A stretch of DNA of 64,000 nucleotides. Origin: Pseudomonadota bacterium. GTDB lineage: Bacteria; Desulfobacterota; Desulfobacteria; Desulfobacterales; JAHIVH01. The notes beneath the pieces were generated by a model that did not search any database, had not been told where the DNA came from, and worked only from the letters and a program-made list of their open reading frames with translations. Made by a program: the position numbers and the translations under genes. Every line of letters starts with the position of its first letter. Position 1 is the stretch's first letter. The DNA is taken from contig JAHIVH010000085.1 of the NCBI GenBank assembly GCA_018816735.1, forward strand, positions 18,066 to 82,065, given 5' to 3'. This document shows, piece after piece, positions 38,970 to 47,652 of this stretch.

Positions 38970-40007
38970 TTATAAGATATTCTCCCTGTAACTTTTGGGG
39001 GTGGTTCCGGTCCAGTTTTTGAATGCCCGGTAGAAGCTCGATACTTCACTGAATCCCAGGTGAAGCGCCACTTTTTCCATGGGCAAACCGGTAGTAAGGA
39101 GCAGTTCGATGGCTTTGGTTTTTCGCATATCCGTTAGAATATTCTTGTACGATGTGCTTTCGTCCATCAGTCGGCGCCTGATGGTTCGGGGCGACATATT
39201 GATGCGTCTGGCCAATTGATCCAGAGTGGGGAATTTATCCTGATGAAGAGACAGTTCCTGGCTGATCCTGGCCGTGATTGTCTCATGTTCCTTCAGCCGG
39301 GAAACCAGTTGGTCACATTCCTTTATAAGAGAATTTTTCACCAGAGGATTGGCGAGTTTGAGTGGTTTTGACAAATGGTCGACATCAAAAACGATCAGAT
39401 GAACAGGTGCGTCAAATTTAATGGGGCAACCGAAAGTATCTGCATATCGGTCGGCGTATGATGGTTTTTCATAGGCAAAGTGGAGTTCTTTAAATACGGA
39501 TGCATCTTCGTAGAACAGGTGGGCCATGCTATAGAGAGATGCCACCTCGGATTCACATATATATTGCCGGATATCCCCCAGATCGATGATCTCCTTGAAT
39601 TTTGCAACCCCGGTATTTCCTTTTATTTTTAAAAAATACTGATGGTAGGATGCGGTCAGATGAATATAGGTGAGGGCCAGTTTCAGGGCTTCCATCATGG
39701 TTTCACAGCACATCATCGCCATACCCAGTTTACCGTTGGCACTGAAATGATATTCCTTACCAAGCTCAAGGCCGATCCAGGGAACGGGTATGAGCCTGAT
39801 GGCATTTCTTGCAATGGCCATTTCCTGGGTGGTGGCAATCAGTTTCTGCGGATCATCCAGATCGGCCAGGGAAATACCGCTACCGGCAAGGAGGCGTTCG
39901 GAGCATATTCCATACCGGGTTGCAATTCGGGCAAACACAGCAACAGCGTTGATAAGCCTGAAAGGGGGCAACCGTGAGCTTGAGTGGATATAGGATAGAT
40001 CGGTCAT
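38970..40007 (-). CDS. AraC-family transcriptional regulator with an N-terminal ligand-binding-like domain
   Basis: C-terminal double HTH: SPRTIRRRLMDESTSYKNILTDMRKTKAIELL...LGFSEVSSFYRAFKNWTGTTPKSYR. Divergent from the activase operon. Confidence 0.9.
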   Translation of the reverse strand: MTDLSYIHSSSRLPPFRLINAVAVFARIATRYGICSERLLAGSGISLADLDDPQKLIATTQEMAIARNAIRLIPVPWIGLELGKEYHFSANGKLGMAMMCCETMMEALKLALTYIHLTASYHQYFLKIKGNTGVAKFKEIIDLGDIRQYICESEVASLYSMAHLFYEDASVFKELHFAYEKPSYADRYADTFGCPIKFDAPVHLIVFDVDHLSKPLKLANPLVKNSLIKECDQLVSRLKEHETITARISQELSLHQDKFPTLDQLARRINMSPRTIRRRLMDESTSYKNILTDMRKTKAIELLLTTGLPMEKVALHLGFSEVSSFYRAFKNWTGTTPKSYRENIL

Positions 40008-40045
40008 AAGGCGTTTCCATTTTTTTGGCCGTTTCAGTCAATATT

Positions 40046-40095
40046 AATGACCGTTTGGGTCATTGTCAACACGGTTCTTGTCACGTATCTATAAT
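40046..40095 (+). promoter_or_regulatory. Divergent control region: inverted repeat plus a consensus -10
   Basis: aatgacc-N5-ggtcatt (40046-40064), a TTGTCA direct repeat (40064-40069 and about 40077-40082) and TATAAT (40090-40095), about 30 nt before the activase ATG. There is no good -35 box, as expected for an activator-dependent promoter. Confidence 0.35.
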
Positions 40096-40126
40096 GAAAC
40101 AATCAGACAGACAAACAGAGGAACAT

Positions 40127-40891
40127 ATGATTACGGTCGGTATCGATATTGGTTCAATTACCACAAAAATTGCCCTGATGGAGGGAAAAAAGCTTTTATA
40201 CACAGATGTATCATTAAGCGGTTACGACATGGAAAAGGCGTGGCAGGCTATTTATAAAAAAATGCTTGAAAGGACCGGAAAGAAGGAATCGGACATCTCT
40301 TTTCTGGTTTCAACCGGATATGGCCGGAACAACGTCAGTATCTCCCAGAAGAAAATCACTGAAATTTCCTGTCATGCAGCAGGCGCAAAATATTTTTTTC
40401 CAAAGGTGAAGGCAGTCATCGACATCGGGGGCCAGGACAGCAAGTTTATCAGAATCGATGATACCGGGAGTATTCTCGATTTTGTAATGAATGACAAATG
40501 TGCGGCCGGTACCGGGCGTTTTCTGGAGGTGATGGCCCGGGCCCTCCACGTGGAGATAGACGATTTTTCAACCCTGTCCGGGAAATCAAAAAAGCCGGTG
40601 ACTATCAGCAGCATGTGCACGGTATTCGCGGAATCCGAAGTCATTTCCCTGATCGCCAAAGGAGAAAACCGGGAAAATATCATTGCCGGCATTCATGATT
40701 CAATTGCATCAAGGATGATATCGATGATGAAGCGTACCGGTGTGGCCAGCCCGGTTGTCATGACCGGTGGTGTGTCGAAGAATATCGGCATGCGAAAAGC
40801 CATAGAGAAGAAAATCGGCATGACGTTAAATGTACCGGAACAGGCGCAAGTGTGTGGTGCCATCGGTGCCGCTATTCTGGGCTCAGGTTGA
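40127..40891 (+). CDS. HgdC-like (BcrAD_BadFG) activase ATPase of a radical 2-hydroxyacyl-CoA dehydratase
   Basis: MITVGIDIGSITTK (phosphate-1), DIGGQDSK, and the cluster-bridging Cys contexts NDKCAAGTGRFLE and SSMCTVFAESEVIS. The track ORF from 40025 is an upstream extension. Confidence 0.9.
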   Translation: MITVGIDIGSITTKIALMEGKKLLYTDVSLSGYDMEKAWQAIYKKMLERTGKKESDISFLVSTGYGRNNVSISQKKITEISCHAAGAKYFFPKVKAVIDIGGQDSKFIRIDDTGSILDFVMNDKCAAGTGRFLEVMARALHVEIDDFSTLSGKSKKPVTISSMCTVFAESEVISLIAKGENRENIIAGIHDSIASRMISMMKRTGVASPVVMTGGVSKNIGMRKAIEKKIGMTLNVPEQAQVCGAIGAAILGSG

Positions 40892-40917
40892 AGAGAAAAC
40901 GGATAAGGAAAAAATAA

Positions 40918-41949
40918 ATGAGGTTATTTGCCTACTATGATACGGGCCATGAGTTTTCAGAAGAAATCGTCATGGCCGCCGGATTCACGCCGTATAAGAT
41001 ACTGGGGGATGTCAATGTGCCGAATGATCCGGCTGACCGGTATGTGCATAATTACATCTGCCCGTTTTCACGATCCTGCCTGACGGAAGGCATGGCTCGT
41101 TCGGACGAGTGGGCGGGTATCGCCTTCTGCCATGGATGCGATACCACGAACAATCAGTATGATATCTGGAAGCACCATGTCAAAACCGATTTTTTATACT
41201 GGATCAATACACCGGCAAAAAACGATGCTACCGCAAGGGCATATCATGAGCACGAACTGCGCCGGTTTATTTCCCATATGGAAAAGCATTATCGGGTAGA
41301 CATCACAGATGACAAACTTTCGGAAGCGATCAGGACGTCAAACAGCGTAAAACGCCTGATGCAGGAACTCGCGAAACTCCGTCCGGTAAAGGACATCCCC
41401 AATGACGCCTACCACGCAATCACCAGGAAGTGTGTGCAGATGCACAAGGACGATCTGATCGCAGCGCTTGAGAAAACACTTGAGGAATGGAAGAACCGCC
41501 CGGCGTTTCCGTCTGACTGTCTACCGGTGCTTCTGACAGGTTCGGACATGACCTACCCTGAAGGAATGGATATTCTGGAAGCAGCAAAACTCCGGGCGGT
41601 GCGAGATGATCTGTCTCTGGGAGAACGGTATTTTGCAGAGACGATTTCAGAAGAAGGCGATCCGGTAAAAGCGCTGGTAGACTACCACGCCCGTATCCCC
41701 ATGCCGCCTACAAAAATTCCATTTGAGGCACGGCTTGTTTATTTGCGGAAATGCCTGAAAGAGACTAACGTCAAAGGAATCGTCTATCAGATTCTGAAAT
41801 TCTGCGAACCCCATGGCCTGGATCTGCCCTATATGGCAGGTGAACTTAAGAAAGACGGTCACAGACTGATTGTCATCGAAAGGGAGTATACGCCTACGAT
41901 CGATCAACAGCTCGTGAGCCGACTTGAAAGTTTCAGGGAAATCATTTAA
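40918..41949 (+). CDS. 2-hydroxyacyl-CoA dehydratase / benzoyl-CoA reductase family subunit (smaller, HgdB-like)
   Basis: 343 aa. EEIVMAAGFTPYKILG near the N-terminus and FCEPHGLDLPYM near the C-terminus fit the HgdAB/BcrBC fold family (PF06050-type). Confidence 0.8.
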   Translation: MRLFAYYDTGHEFSEEIVMAAGFTPYKILGDVNVPNDPADRYVHNYICPFSRSCLTEGMARSDEWAGIAFCHGCDTTNNQYDIWKHHVKTDFLYWINTPAKNDATARAYHEHELRRFISHMEKHYRVDITDDKLSEAIRTSNSVKRLMQELAKLRPVKDIPNDAYHAITRKCVQMHKDDLIAALEKTLEEWKNRPAFPSDCLPVLLTGSDMTYPEGMDILEAAKLRAVRDDLSLGERYFAETISEEGDPVKALVDYHARIPMPPTKIPFEARLVYLRKCLKETNVKGIVYQILKFCEPHGLDLPYMAGELKKDGHRLIVIEREYTPTIDQQLVSRLESFREII

Positions 41950-41973
41950 ATAAGGCGGAAAACAAGGACGGTT

Positions 41974-43284
41974 ATGATCAAATTAACCCGTTTTATCATT
42001 CAAAACCCGAAATTATTTGCACAGGGTATAAAGGGGTATATGAACCAGCACCTTTCCCCGCGTTTATACCAGATTATTCTGCAATATCTCACTCAGACCA
42101 AAATGACCACGGTGCAACCCTGGAAAAAATTCGGCGTTTTCAGTGCCGGATTCCCCACAGAGATTCCCCTGGCCATGGGGTATTTCCCCGGATACCCGGA
42201 AGCCTATGCCGCCTTTACAGGCGCAGCCGGCTGCACGGTTCCCCCCATCGAGCATGCCGAAAGCCTTGGATATGGCCGTGATTTGTGCAGTTATATGAAG
42301 ACCAGTATCGGCGCCTCCCGCATGAACTGGCCCGAGGATTTTGGCGGTAACAGACCGGCAGACGCCTATTTTTCAGCAAACCTGGTATGCGATACCCATT
42401 TGAAATGGTTTGAAAGCGAAGCCAGAATTCATGGAAAACCGCATTTTGCATTAGATGTGCCGAGTCTGGTGGCTGGGGAGAGCGAGGAAAGGCTTGAAGA
42501 GTATGTGGATTACGTGGTACAGCAGTTGTATGATTTGATCGGTTTTCTGGAACAGCATACCGGAAGAAAGTTCAATGAAAGGAAATTCTTTGAGCTCGTA
42601 AACAACTCCTTCGAGATTTCCAGTTTGTTCAAGGAATTGAATGCGTACCGGAAACGGTTCCCCGCAAACCGGTATTTTGAATGGGTAAGAAGTTTTATGC
42701 TGCCCATGGTCAGCCAATGGAATCAGAAGGATGCCATCCGCTATTACAAAAAACATCTGGAGATGGCCCGGAAACGGTATGGTGACAATCAAACCATCGC
42801 GTCCGGCAGGGAAAAATACCGGGTGTTGTGGGAGGGGATAACGCTTTGGTACAATGTGGATTTGTATCAGAAGGTTTTGGCGGACAAGGGCGCCTATATT
42901 GTGGCAGATCCCTATACTTATTCATTTGCCGCGCGAAGCAAACCCAAATCCACATTGGCGGAAACCCTGCGCCAGATCGCCCGGGACCACATCATCATTC
43001 CCTTTACCCTGAATCTGGATAGACGCATCGCCTATTTCAACACGCTGATCAAGGAATTCGATCTGGATGGCATTATCATGCATGCGAACCAGAGTTGCAG
43101 ACCAAACAGTACAGGCTTGCTTGATCTTAAGGAAGTACTTCACAAGAAGTGGGGCATCCCGGTTTTGATGATGAATACCGATCATTGCGATCCTCGGGCC
43201 TATGCAGATGGCCCCATGAACACCCGTATCGACGGGTTTGTCGAGATGATGGAAATATATAAGGAAAAGAGAATAAAAATATGA
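41974..43284 (+). CDS. 2-hydroxyacyl-CoA dehydratase / benzoyl-CoA reductase family subunit (larger, HgdA-like)
   Basis: 436 aa. SAGFPTEIPLAMG, CSYMK, VCDTHLKWFE and NQSCRPNS blocks are typical of the family. The stop overlaps the next gene (ATGA). Confidence 0.8.
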   Translation: MIKLTRFIIQNPKLFAQGIKGYMNQHLSPRLYQIILQYLTQTKMTTVQPWKKFGVFSAGFPTEIPLAMGYFPGYPEAYAAFTGAAGCTVPPIEHAESLGYGRDLCSYMKTSIGASRMNWPEDFGGNRPADAYFSANLVCDTHLKWFESEARIHGKPHFALDVPSLVAGESEERLEEYVDYVVQQLYDLIGFLEQHTGRKFNERKFFELVNNSFEISSLFKELNAYRKRFPANRYFEWVRSFMLPMVSQWNQKDAIRYYKKHLEMARKRYGDNQTIASGREKYRVLWEGITLWYNVDLYQKVLADKGAYIVADPYTYSFAARSKPKSTLAETLRQIARDHIIIPFTLNLDRRIAYFNTLIKEFDLDGIIMHANQSCRPNSTGLLDLKEVLHKKWGIPVLMMNTDHCDPRAYADGPMNTRIDGFVEMMEIYKEKRIKI

Positions 43285-44321
43285 AGGCATACACGTATTT
43301 AAAAACAAGAAGAGAAAATCAAACCCTGTGGGCGGAAATTCATAATCCCCCGGTTAATTTTTTGATCATGGATGTTCTGGAAGAATTGCATGAGCTGGTC
43401 AATGCGGTCAAGAATGACGATTCCATCCGGGTATTCATTTTAACAGGCGGCAGGGAAGACTCCTATATCATGCATTTTTCAATCCATGAACTGCTGATGC
43501 TCACCACGCACCTGAAAAAACTTTATCTCCATATTGCCGTCAAATCGAGAATTTCCAGTGCGGTTTTGAAATACATGACCACATTCACGAACTGGCTCAT
43601 GGATCTCTCCCCCTGGTATGAACGGTTCATATTGAAGCAGGCAAAGAAAATGCGACCGTATTCTATGGGGATGTTCTTGTGGATGCAGATGCAGCGGCTT
43701 TATCTGGCGATTGAGCGGATGAACAAGATTACCATTGCGGCCATAAACGGCCCCTGTAATGGCGGGGGAACGGAGATTTCCGCCTGTTTCGATTTCAGGT
43801 TCATGGTGGGTGATCAGGGATTTACCATGGGGCAGCCGGAGTGCTTGCTGAATATCGTTCCCGGCGGAGGCGGCACGCAGAGACTTCCCCGGTTGATCGG
43901 GCGTTCCAAAGCGCTGGAACTGATGCTCAAGGGGAATCAAATAACACCTGCGGAGGCAAAGAATTATGGCCTGTTGACCGATATTTTTGATAAAAAAGAC
44001 TTCCATAAAAAGCTCCAGGACTTTGCCGACCTCATGAGCAAACGACCGCCTGTGGCCGTGGATGCAATCAAACGGTCTGTGCTTGAGGGGATGAATACAA
44101 CACTTCGTCATGGCTTGAGTATCGAACTGGAACAGAGTGTTCGGTGCTTTGACACAAAAGATACCCAAAGAGCAATGGAGAAATATATCGAATATATAGA
44201 ATCCAATATTTTAACATTCGATTACGAAAACGCCACAACCAAAGAGATTGTGGCACTTTTAAACAGAACATCTCATATGATGGAACATGTGAAATTTTTT
44301 GACGGATTCAAGGGGGAGTAA
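43281..44321 (+). CDS. Enoyl-CoA hydratase/isomerase (crotonase) superfamily protein with a large insertion
   Basis: Oxyanion-hole motif INGPCNGGGTE, GQPECLLNIVPGGGGTQRLPRLIG and ALELMLKG place both catalytic Glu contexts correctly. It is 346 aa against about 260 for typical members. Confidence 0.8.
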   Translation: MKAYTYLKTRRENQTLWAEIHNPPVNFLIMDVLEELHELVNAVKNDDSIRVFILTGGREDSYIMHFSIHELLMLTTHLKKLYLHIAVKSRISSAVLKYMTTFTNWLMDLSPWYERFILKQAKKMRPYSMGMFLWMQMQRLYLAIERMNKITIAAINGPCNGGGTEISACFDFRFMVGDQGFTMGQPECLLNIVPGGGGTQRLPRLIGRSKALELMLKGNQITPAEAKNYGLLTDIFDKKDFHKKLQDFADLMSKRPPVAVDAIKRSVLEGMNTTLRHGLSIELEQSVRCFDTKDTQRAMEKYIEYIESNILTFDYENATTKEIVALLNRTSHMMEHVKFFDGFKGE

Positions 44322-45160
44322 TGAAACAGCTTAAAAACAAGGTGGCGGCAATTACAGGAGCAGCCTCAGGCATCGGCAGAATGCTGGCTGTCGGGCTTTC
44401 TAAAGAAGGCTGCCATCTGGCTATTTCAGACATTGATGAAAAGGGCCTTGCTGAAACAAGGAATATGATCGGTGACAGGGTAAATATATCCACCCATAAG
44501 GTAGATGTAGCCAGGCAGGAAGACGTATTCCGGTTTGCGGAAGAGACCATTGCCCATCACGGTGGGGTAGACATGATCTTCAACAACGCCGGTGTCAGCC
44601 TGGGCGATTTTCTGGAGACCGTGCCTCTTGCGGATTTCAAATGGCTCATGGGAATTGATTTCTGGGGTGTGGTGCACGGAACCATGGCCTTTCTACCCTT
44701 GCTGAAAAAAAGGCCTGAAGGGCATATCATCAATATTTCGAGCATAAACGGCATCCTGTCGAACCCGAACAACGGCCCCTATTGCGCTGCAAAATTCGCG
44801 GTCAAGGGATATACGGAAACCCTCTATCAGGAGCTGATGGATACAAACATCCACGTGAGCTGTGTACATCCGGGCGGTATCAAGACAAATATCGGCAGAA
44901 ATGCCCGCGTCAACCGGGCACTTTACAATATAACCAAAGACAGCGCCGTGGAACTATATGACAAGGAACTGTTCAAGACCACGGCAGAACAGGCGGCAGG
45001 CATCATCATTTCAGGCGTCAAGCGGAATGAAAGACGCATCATGGTCGGAAACGACGCCAAAGTCGCGGACATGCTGACCCGGTTGTTCCCCAAAACCATG
45101 GTCTGGCTTTGCGCTGTTGTTACCAGGCGATTGGCAAAGAAATACGCGGCAAACTCGTAG
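44321..45160 (+). CDS. Short-chain dehydrogenase/reductase (SDR), paralogue 2
   Basis: The first 23 residues are identical to the SDR at 38064 (MKQLKNKVAAITGAASGIGRMLA). It has the same NNAG and YCAAK motifs and long identical blocks throughout. Confidence 0.9.
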   Translation: MKQLKNKVAAITGAASGIGRMLAVGLSKEGCHLAISDIDEKGLAETRNMIGDRVNISTHKVDVARQEDVFRFAEETIAHHGGVDMIFNNAGVSLGDFLETVPLADFKWLMGIDFWGVVHGTMAFLPLLKKRPEGHIINISSINGILSNPNNGPYCAAKFAVKGYTETLYQELMDTNIHVSCVHPGGIKTNIGRNARVNRALYNITKDSAVELYDKELFKTTAEQAAGIIISGVKRNERRIMVGNDAKVADMLTRLFPKTMVWLCAVVTRRLAKKYAANS

Positions 45161-45233
45161 GGGTACTCCTTGTGGGTACCCGAAATGCCGGAGAACAGTC
45201 AATGCCCGGGAAACCACAAGGGATTGCCCCTAC
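45157..45233. repeat. REP-like structured intergenic element between convergent genes
   Basis: Nested inverted repeats: gtagggg (45157-63) with cccctac (45227-33), and ccttgtgg (45168-75) with ccacaagg (45214-21). The arms overlap both flanking stop codons. The right half recurs at 48701-48748. Confidence 0.5.
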
Positions 45234-46795
45234 GGATGGGTGCATGATATAATGAAACAGCCGCCACCACCACCTCCGGAATTATCTTCTGCTGCCTTAT
45301 GGGACAGCGTTAAATCATGACCGCCGGTGCAGGTCATTGCGCCCGATACCCAGGTCCAGCTGACCGTGCCTTGGGCGGTTGTCCGGTCATCTGAAAAAAT
45401 GAGATTGATAATATCTGATACAGTCCCGTTGTTATGGGTATAGGTGCCACTGCATGTCACCGTGTCTTCATCCAGTGTGCAGTCATATACATGGTCATTG
45501 TCTACAGTAGTCTGATATCCGGTTTCGGTTTTTTCGAGGTATATGCCGCCGGTTTCTGCAGAAGACGGTGTGGAACAGGAATCGGTTTTGTTTGATTCCG
45601 TGTAGGTCCAGTCGCCTTCAACGGAAAGGGGATCGATGACAGGGTCAGGATTGGGCGCGGGCGTTTCTTCCGGCACACGACCGGTATGCCTGGGGTTCTG
45701 GCGGTACATGGGCCAGGACGTCCCTGCCAGTCCGCCTGAAGAACCTTCGATGGCATACAATTTATTGTCATCGGAACCGATATAAATGGTCCCGTCAGAA
45801 CCGATGGCCGGGCTGGAAAAGACATACCCGCCTGTTTGATAGCGCCATTTCAGTGTGCCGTCGGAATTTATGGCATATATGCTGAAGTCATTGGAGCCGA
45901 TGTATATGGTCCCGTCCGCGCCGATGGCGGGTGACGCTCGCAAACTGCCTGATGTGGCATAGGTCCATTTCAATGTGCCGTCCGGATGGATGGCATAAAG
46001 ATTCATGTCGTCTGAACCGGCATAAATCGTTCCGTCCGGTCCGATGGCGGGTGAAGAATTGATCCTGGCGCCGGTGGCAAAATTCCATTTTGGGGTGCCA
46101 TCCGAGTTGAACGCGTATAATTTCCCATCGCCTGACCCCACATAAATTGTCCCGTCTGCAGCAATCGCGGGTGAGGATTGGATCGCGCCTCCGGTAATCG
46201 TTCTCCAGTGAAAATCACACCCCGGGCCGACGGCGTGCAGGTATCCGGCATCATCTCCAAAGTAAACTCTTCCGTCCGCACCGATTGCCGGTGATGATCC
46301 CACATCTCCTTCTGCATTGTGGACACAGGTTTTAGACGCTGTATCTGGAGAGAGCCAGTATAGATCACCCACGTTGTTGGAAACGTAAATAGTGCCGTCA
46401 GCGCCAATACCAGGAGAGTTTCCGGGAAAAACCATGGTCTTCCATTTATAAGATGTGCCATCCGGTTTGATGGCAAACAGGTACATGCCAGATGTGCCGG
46501 GGATATAAATGGTGCCATCGTCAGCAATGGCAGGTGAACGTTCGACAGCCGTATTATCCATATTATAGGACCATTTCAAAGAGCCATCAGAATGAATAGC
46601 ATAAAGATGCATGTCTTTGCCCATGGACCCCACATAAATGGTTCCGTCCTCGCCGATTGCCGGGGAAGATCGGACCCAACTTTTGGTCTCAAAAGCCCAT
46701 TTCAGATCGCCGTCTGCGGCATAGGCGGTGAAAGATACTGAAAGAATAAAAATGATAATGCATATATATTTTCTGAATGATCTCAAATGATTCAC
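45230..46795 (-). CDS. Secreted 8-bladed PQQ-like/BamB-like beta-propeller protein with a C-terminal beta-rich domain and Gly6-CFI tail
   Basis: Signal peptide (IIIFILSVSFTAYA). Eight repeats of SSPAIGxDGTIYxGS...LYA...DGTxKW, then WPMYRQNPRHTGR. The tail ends ...SGGGGGGCFIISCTHP. Confidence 0.85.
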   Translation of the reverse strand: MNHLRSFRKYICIIIFILSVSFTAYAADGDLKWAFETKSWVRSSPAIGEDGTIYVGSMGKDMHLYAIHSDGSLKWSYNMDNTAVERSPAIADDGTIYIPGTSGMYLFAIKPDGTSYKWKTMVFPGNSPGIGADGTIYVSNNVGDLYWLSPDTASKTCVHNAEGDVGSSPAIGADGRVYFGDDAGYLHAVGPGCDFHWRTITGGAIQSSPAIAADGTIYVGSGDGKLYAFNSDGTPKWNFATGARINSSPAIGPDGTIYAGSDDMNLYAIHPDGTLKWTYATSGSLRASPAIGADGTIYIGSNDFSIYAINSDGTLKWRYQTGGYVFSSPAIGSDGTIYIGSDDNKLYAIEGSSGGLAGTSWPMYRQNPRHTGRVPEETPAPNPDPVIDPLSVEGDWTYTESNKTDSCSTPSSAETGGIYLEKTETGYQTTVDNDHVYDCTLDEDTVTCSGTYTHNNGTVSDIINLIFSDDRTTAQGTVSWTWVSGAMTCTGGHDLTLSHKAAEDNSGGGGGGCFIISCTHP

Positions 46796-46809
46796 TGCCT
46801 TGTCTCCCC

Positions 46810-47559
46810 CTAGAATGAAAAAATCAGATTGACTGCAAACGAACTTTCATTGACAAAGCGACCTTCAAGAGAAAGGCCTAAATTTTCGTTGAATGTCATG
46901 TCCGTGCCCAGAAAAATGCCAACACTGTCCTTTTCTTCAAAGTCATCTTTTACATCGACAGTTTTTGACCCATTTACATGATGGACAAGATCGATTTCAC
47001 CATCGATTTTGTTGTAATGGACGCCTATATATGGCGAAAATTTATCAGATGCATGATACGAGCACCCTAAGGCTGCATCATATTCCATCATGGAAAGTTC
47101 GAATGTGGCATCCCAGTATCCTGCTTCTTCATACCGCTCGCTTTTGTAGTATGATGCTTGTACGACACCACCTACTTTAATATTGTCTTTTTCAAATAGG
47201 GTTGCCTTGAATCCAGCGCCAAACATGGGTTTTGTGTCCAGTTCAAATCCTTTGTTGATGAATATCTGAATGTCGTGATCGTTATATGCTTCTGCAACGC
47301 CGGCTTTGGCGAAAACATTCAGGCGATCAGACACACCGTAACAGGCACCGGCAAGATAGCGGGTAATCCCCACCTTCCCTTCATTGACATTATCGGAATT
47401 GTCACCGACCAGTTCTATTTCCTCCACATCAACACCGATACTGATTTTGTAAGTGCCCTGTTCAATAACCGCACCGGGTATGCCGATGGTTCCCGACCAT
47501 CCGGTTGAAGTAAAAAACAAGCCTGCTACCGCGCATATCATTAAAACAAAGTACTTCAT
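46810..47559 (-). CDS. Outer-membrane beta-barrel protein
   Basis: Signal peptide MKYFVLMICAVAGLFFTS, alternating amphipathic strands and a C-terminal aromatic residue (NLIFSF). Confidence 0.7.
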   Translation of the reverse strand: MKYFVLMICAVAGLFFTSTGWSGTIGIPGAVIEQGTYKISIGVDVEEIELVGDNSDNVNEGKVGITRYLAGACYGVSDRLNVFAKAGVAEAYNDHDIQIFINKGFELDTKPMFGAGFKATLFEKDNIKVGGVVQASYYKSERYEEAGYWDATFELSMMEYDAALGCSYHASDKFSPYIGVHYNKIDGEIDLVHHVNGSKTVDVKDDFEEKDSVGIFLGTDMTFNENLGLSLEGRFVNESSFAVNLIFSF

Positions 47560-47652
47560 TTATTCCTCCCCAATGATTGATCAAAAGCATTAAAAGCTGT
47601 TTTCTGTAAATCCTCCCCTCTTCCAATAGTATTTTAAGAGAGAGGGATGATA

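Noticed and set aside
45300-46700. Periodic repeats of about 120 nt in the DNA, considered as a possible CRISPR or tandem non-coding repeat.
   Set aside because: The periodicity is the coding repeat of the 8-bladed propeller (SSPAIGxDGTIY blades). The units are diverged and in frame, with no spacer/repeat architecture and no cas genes.
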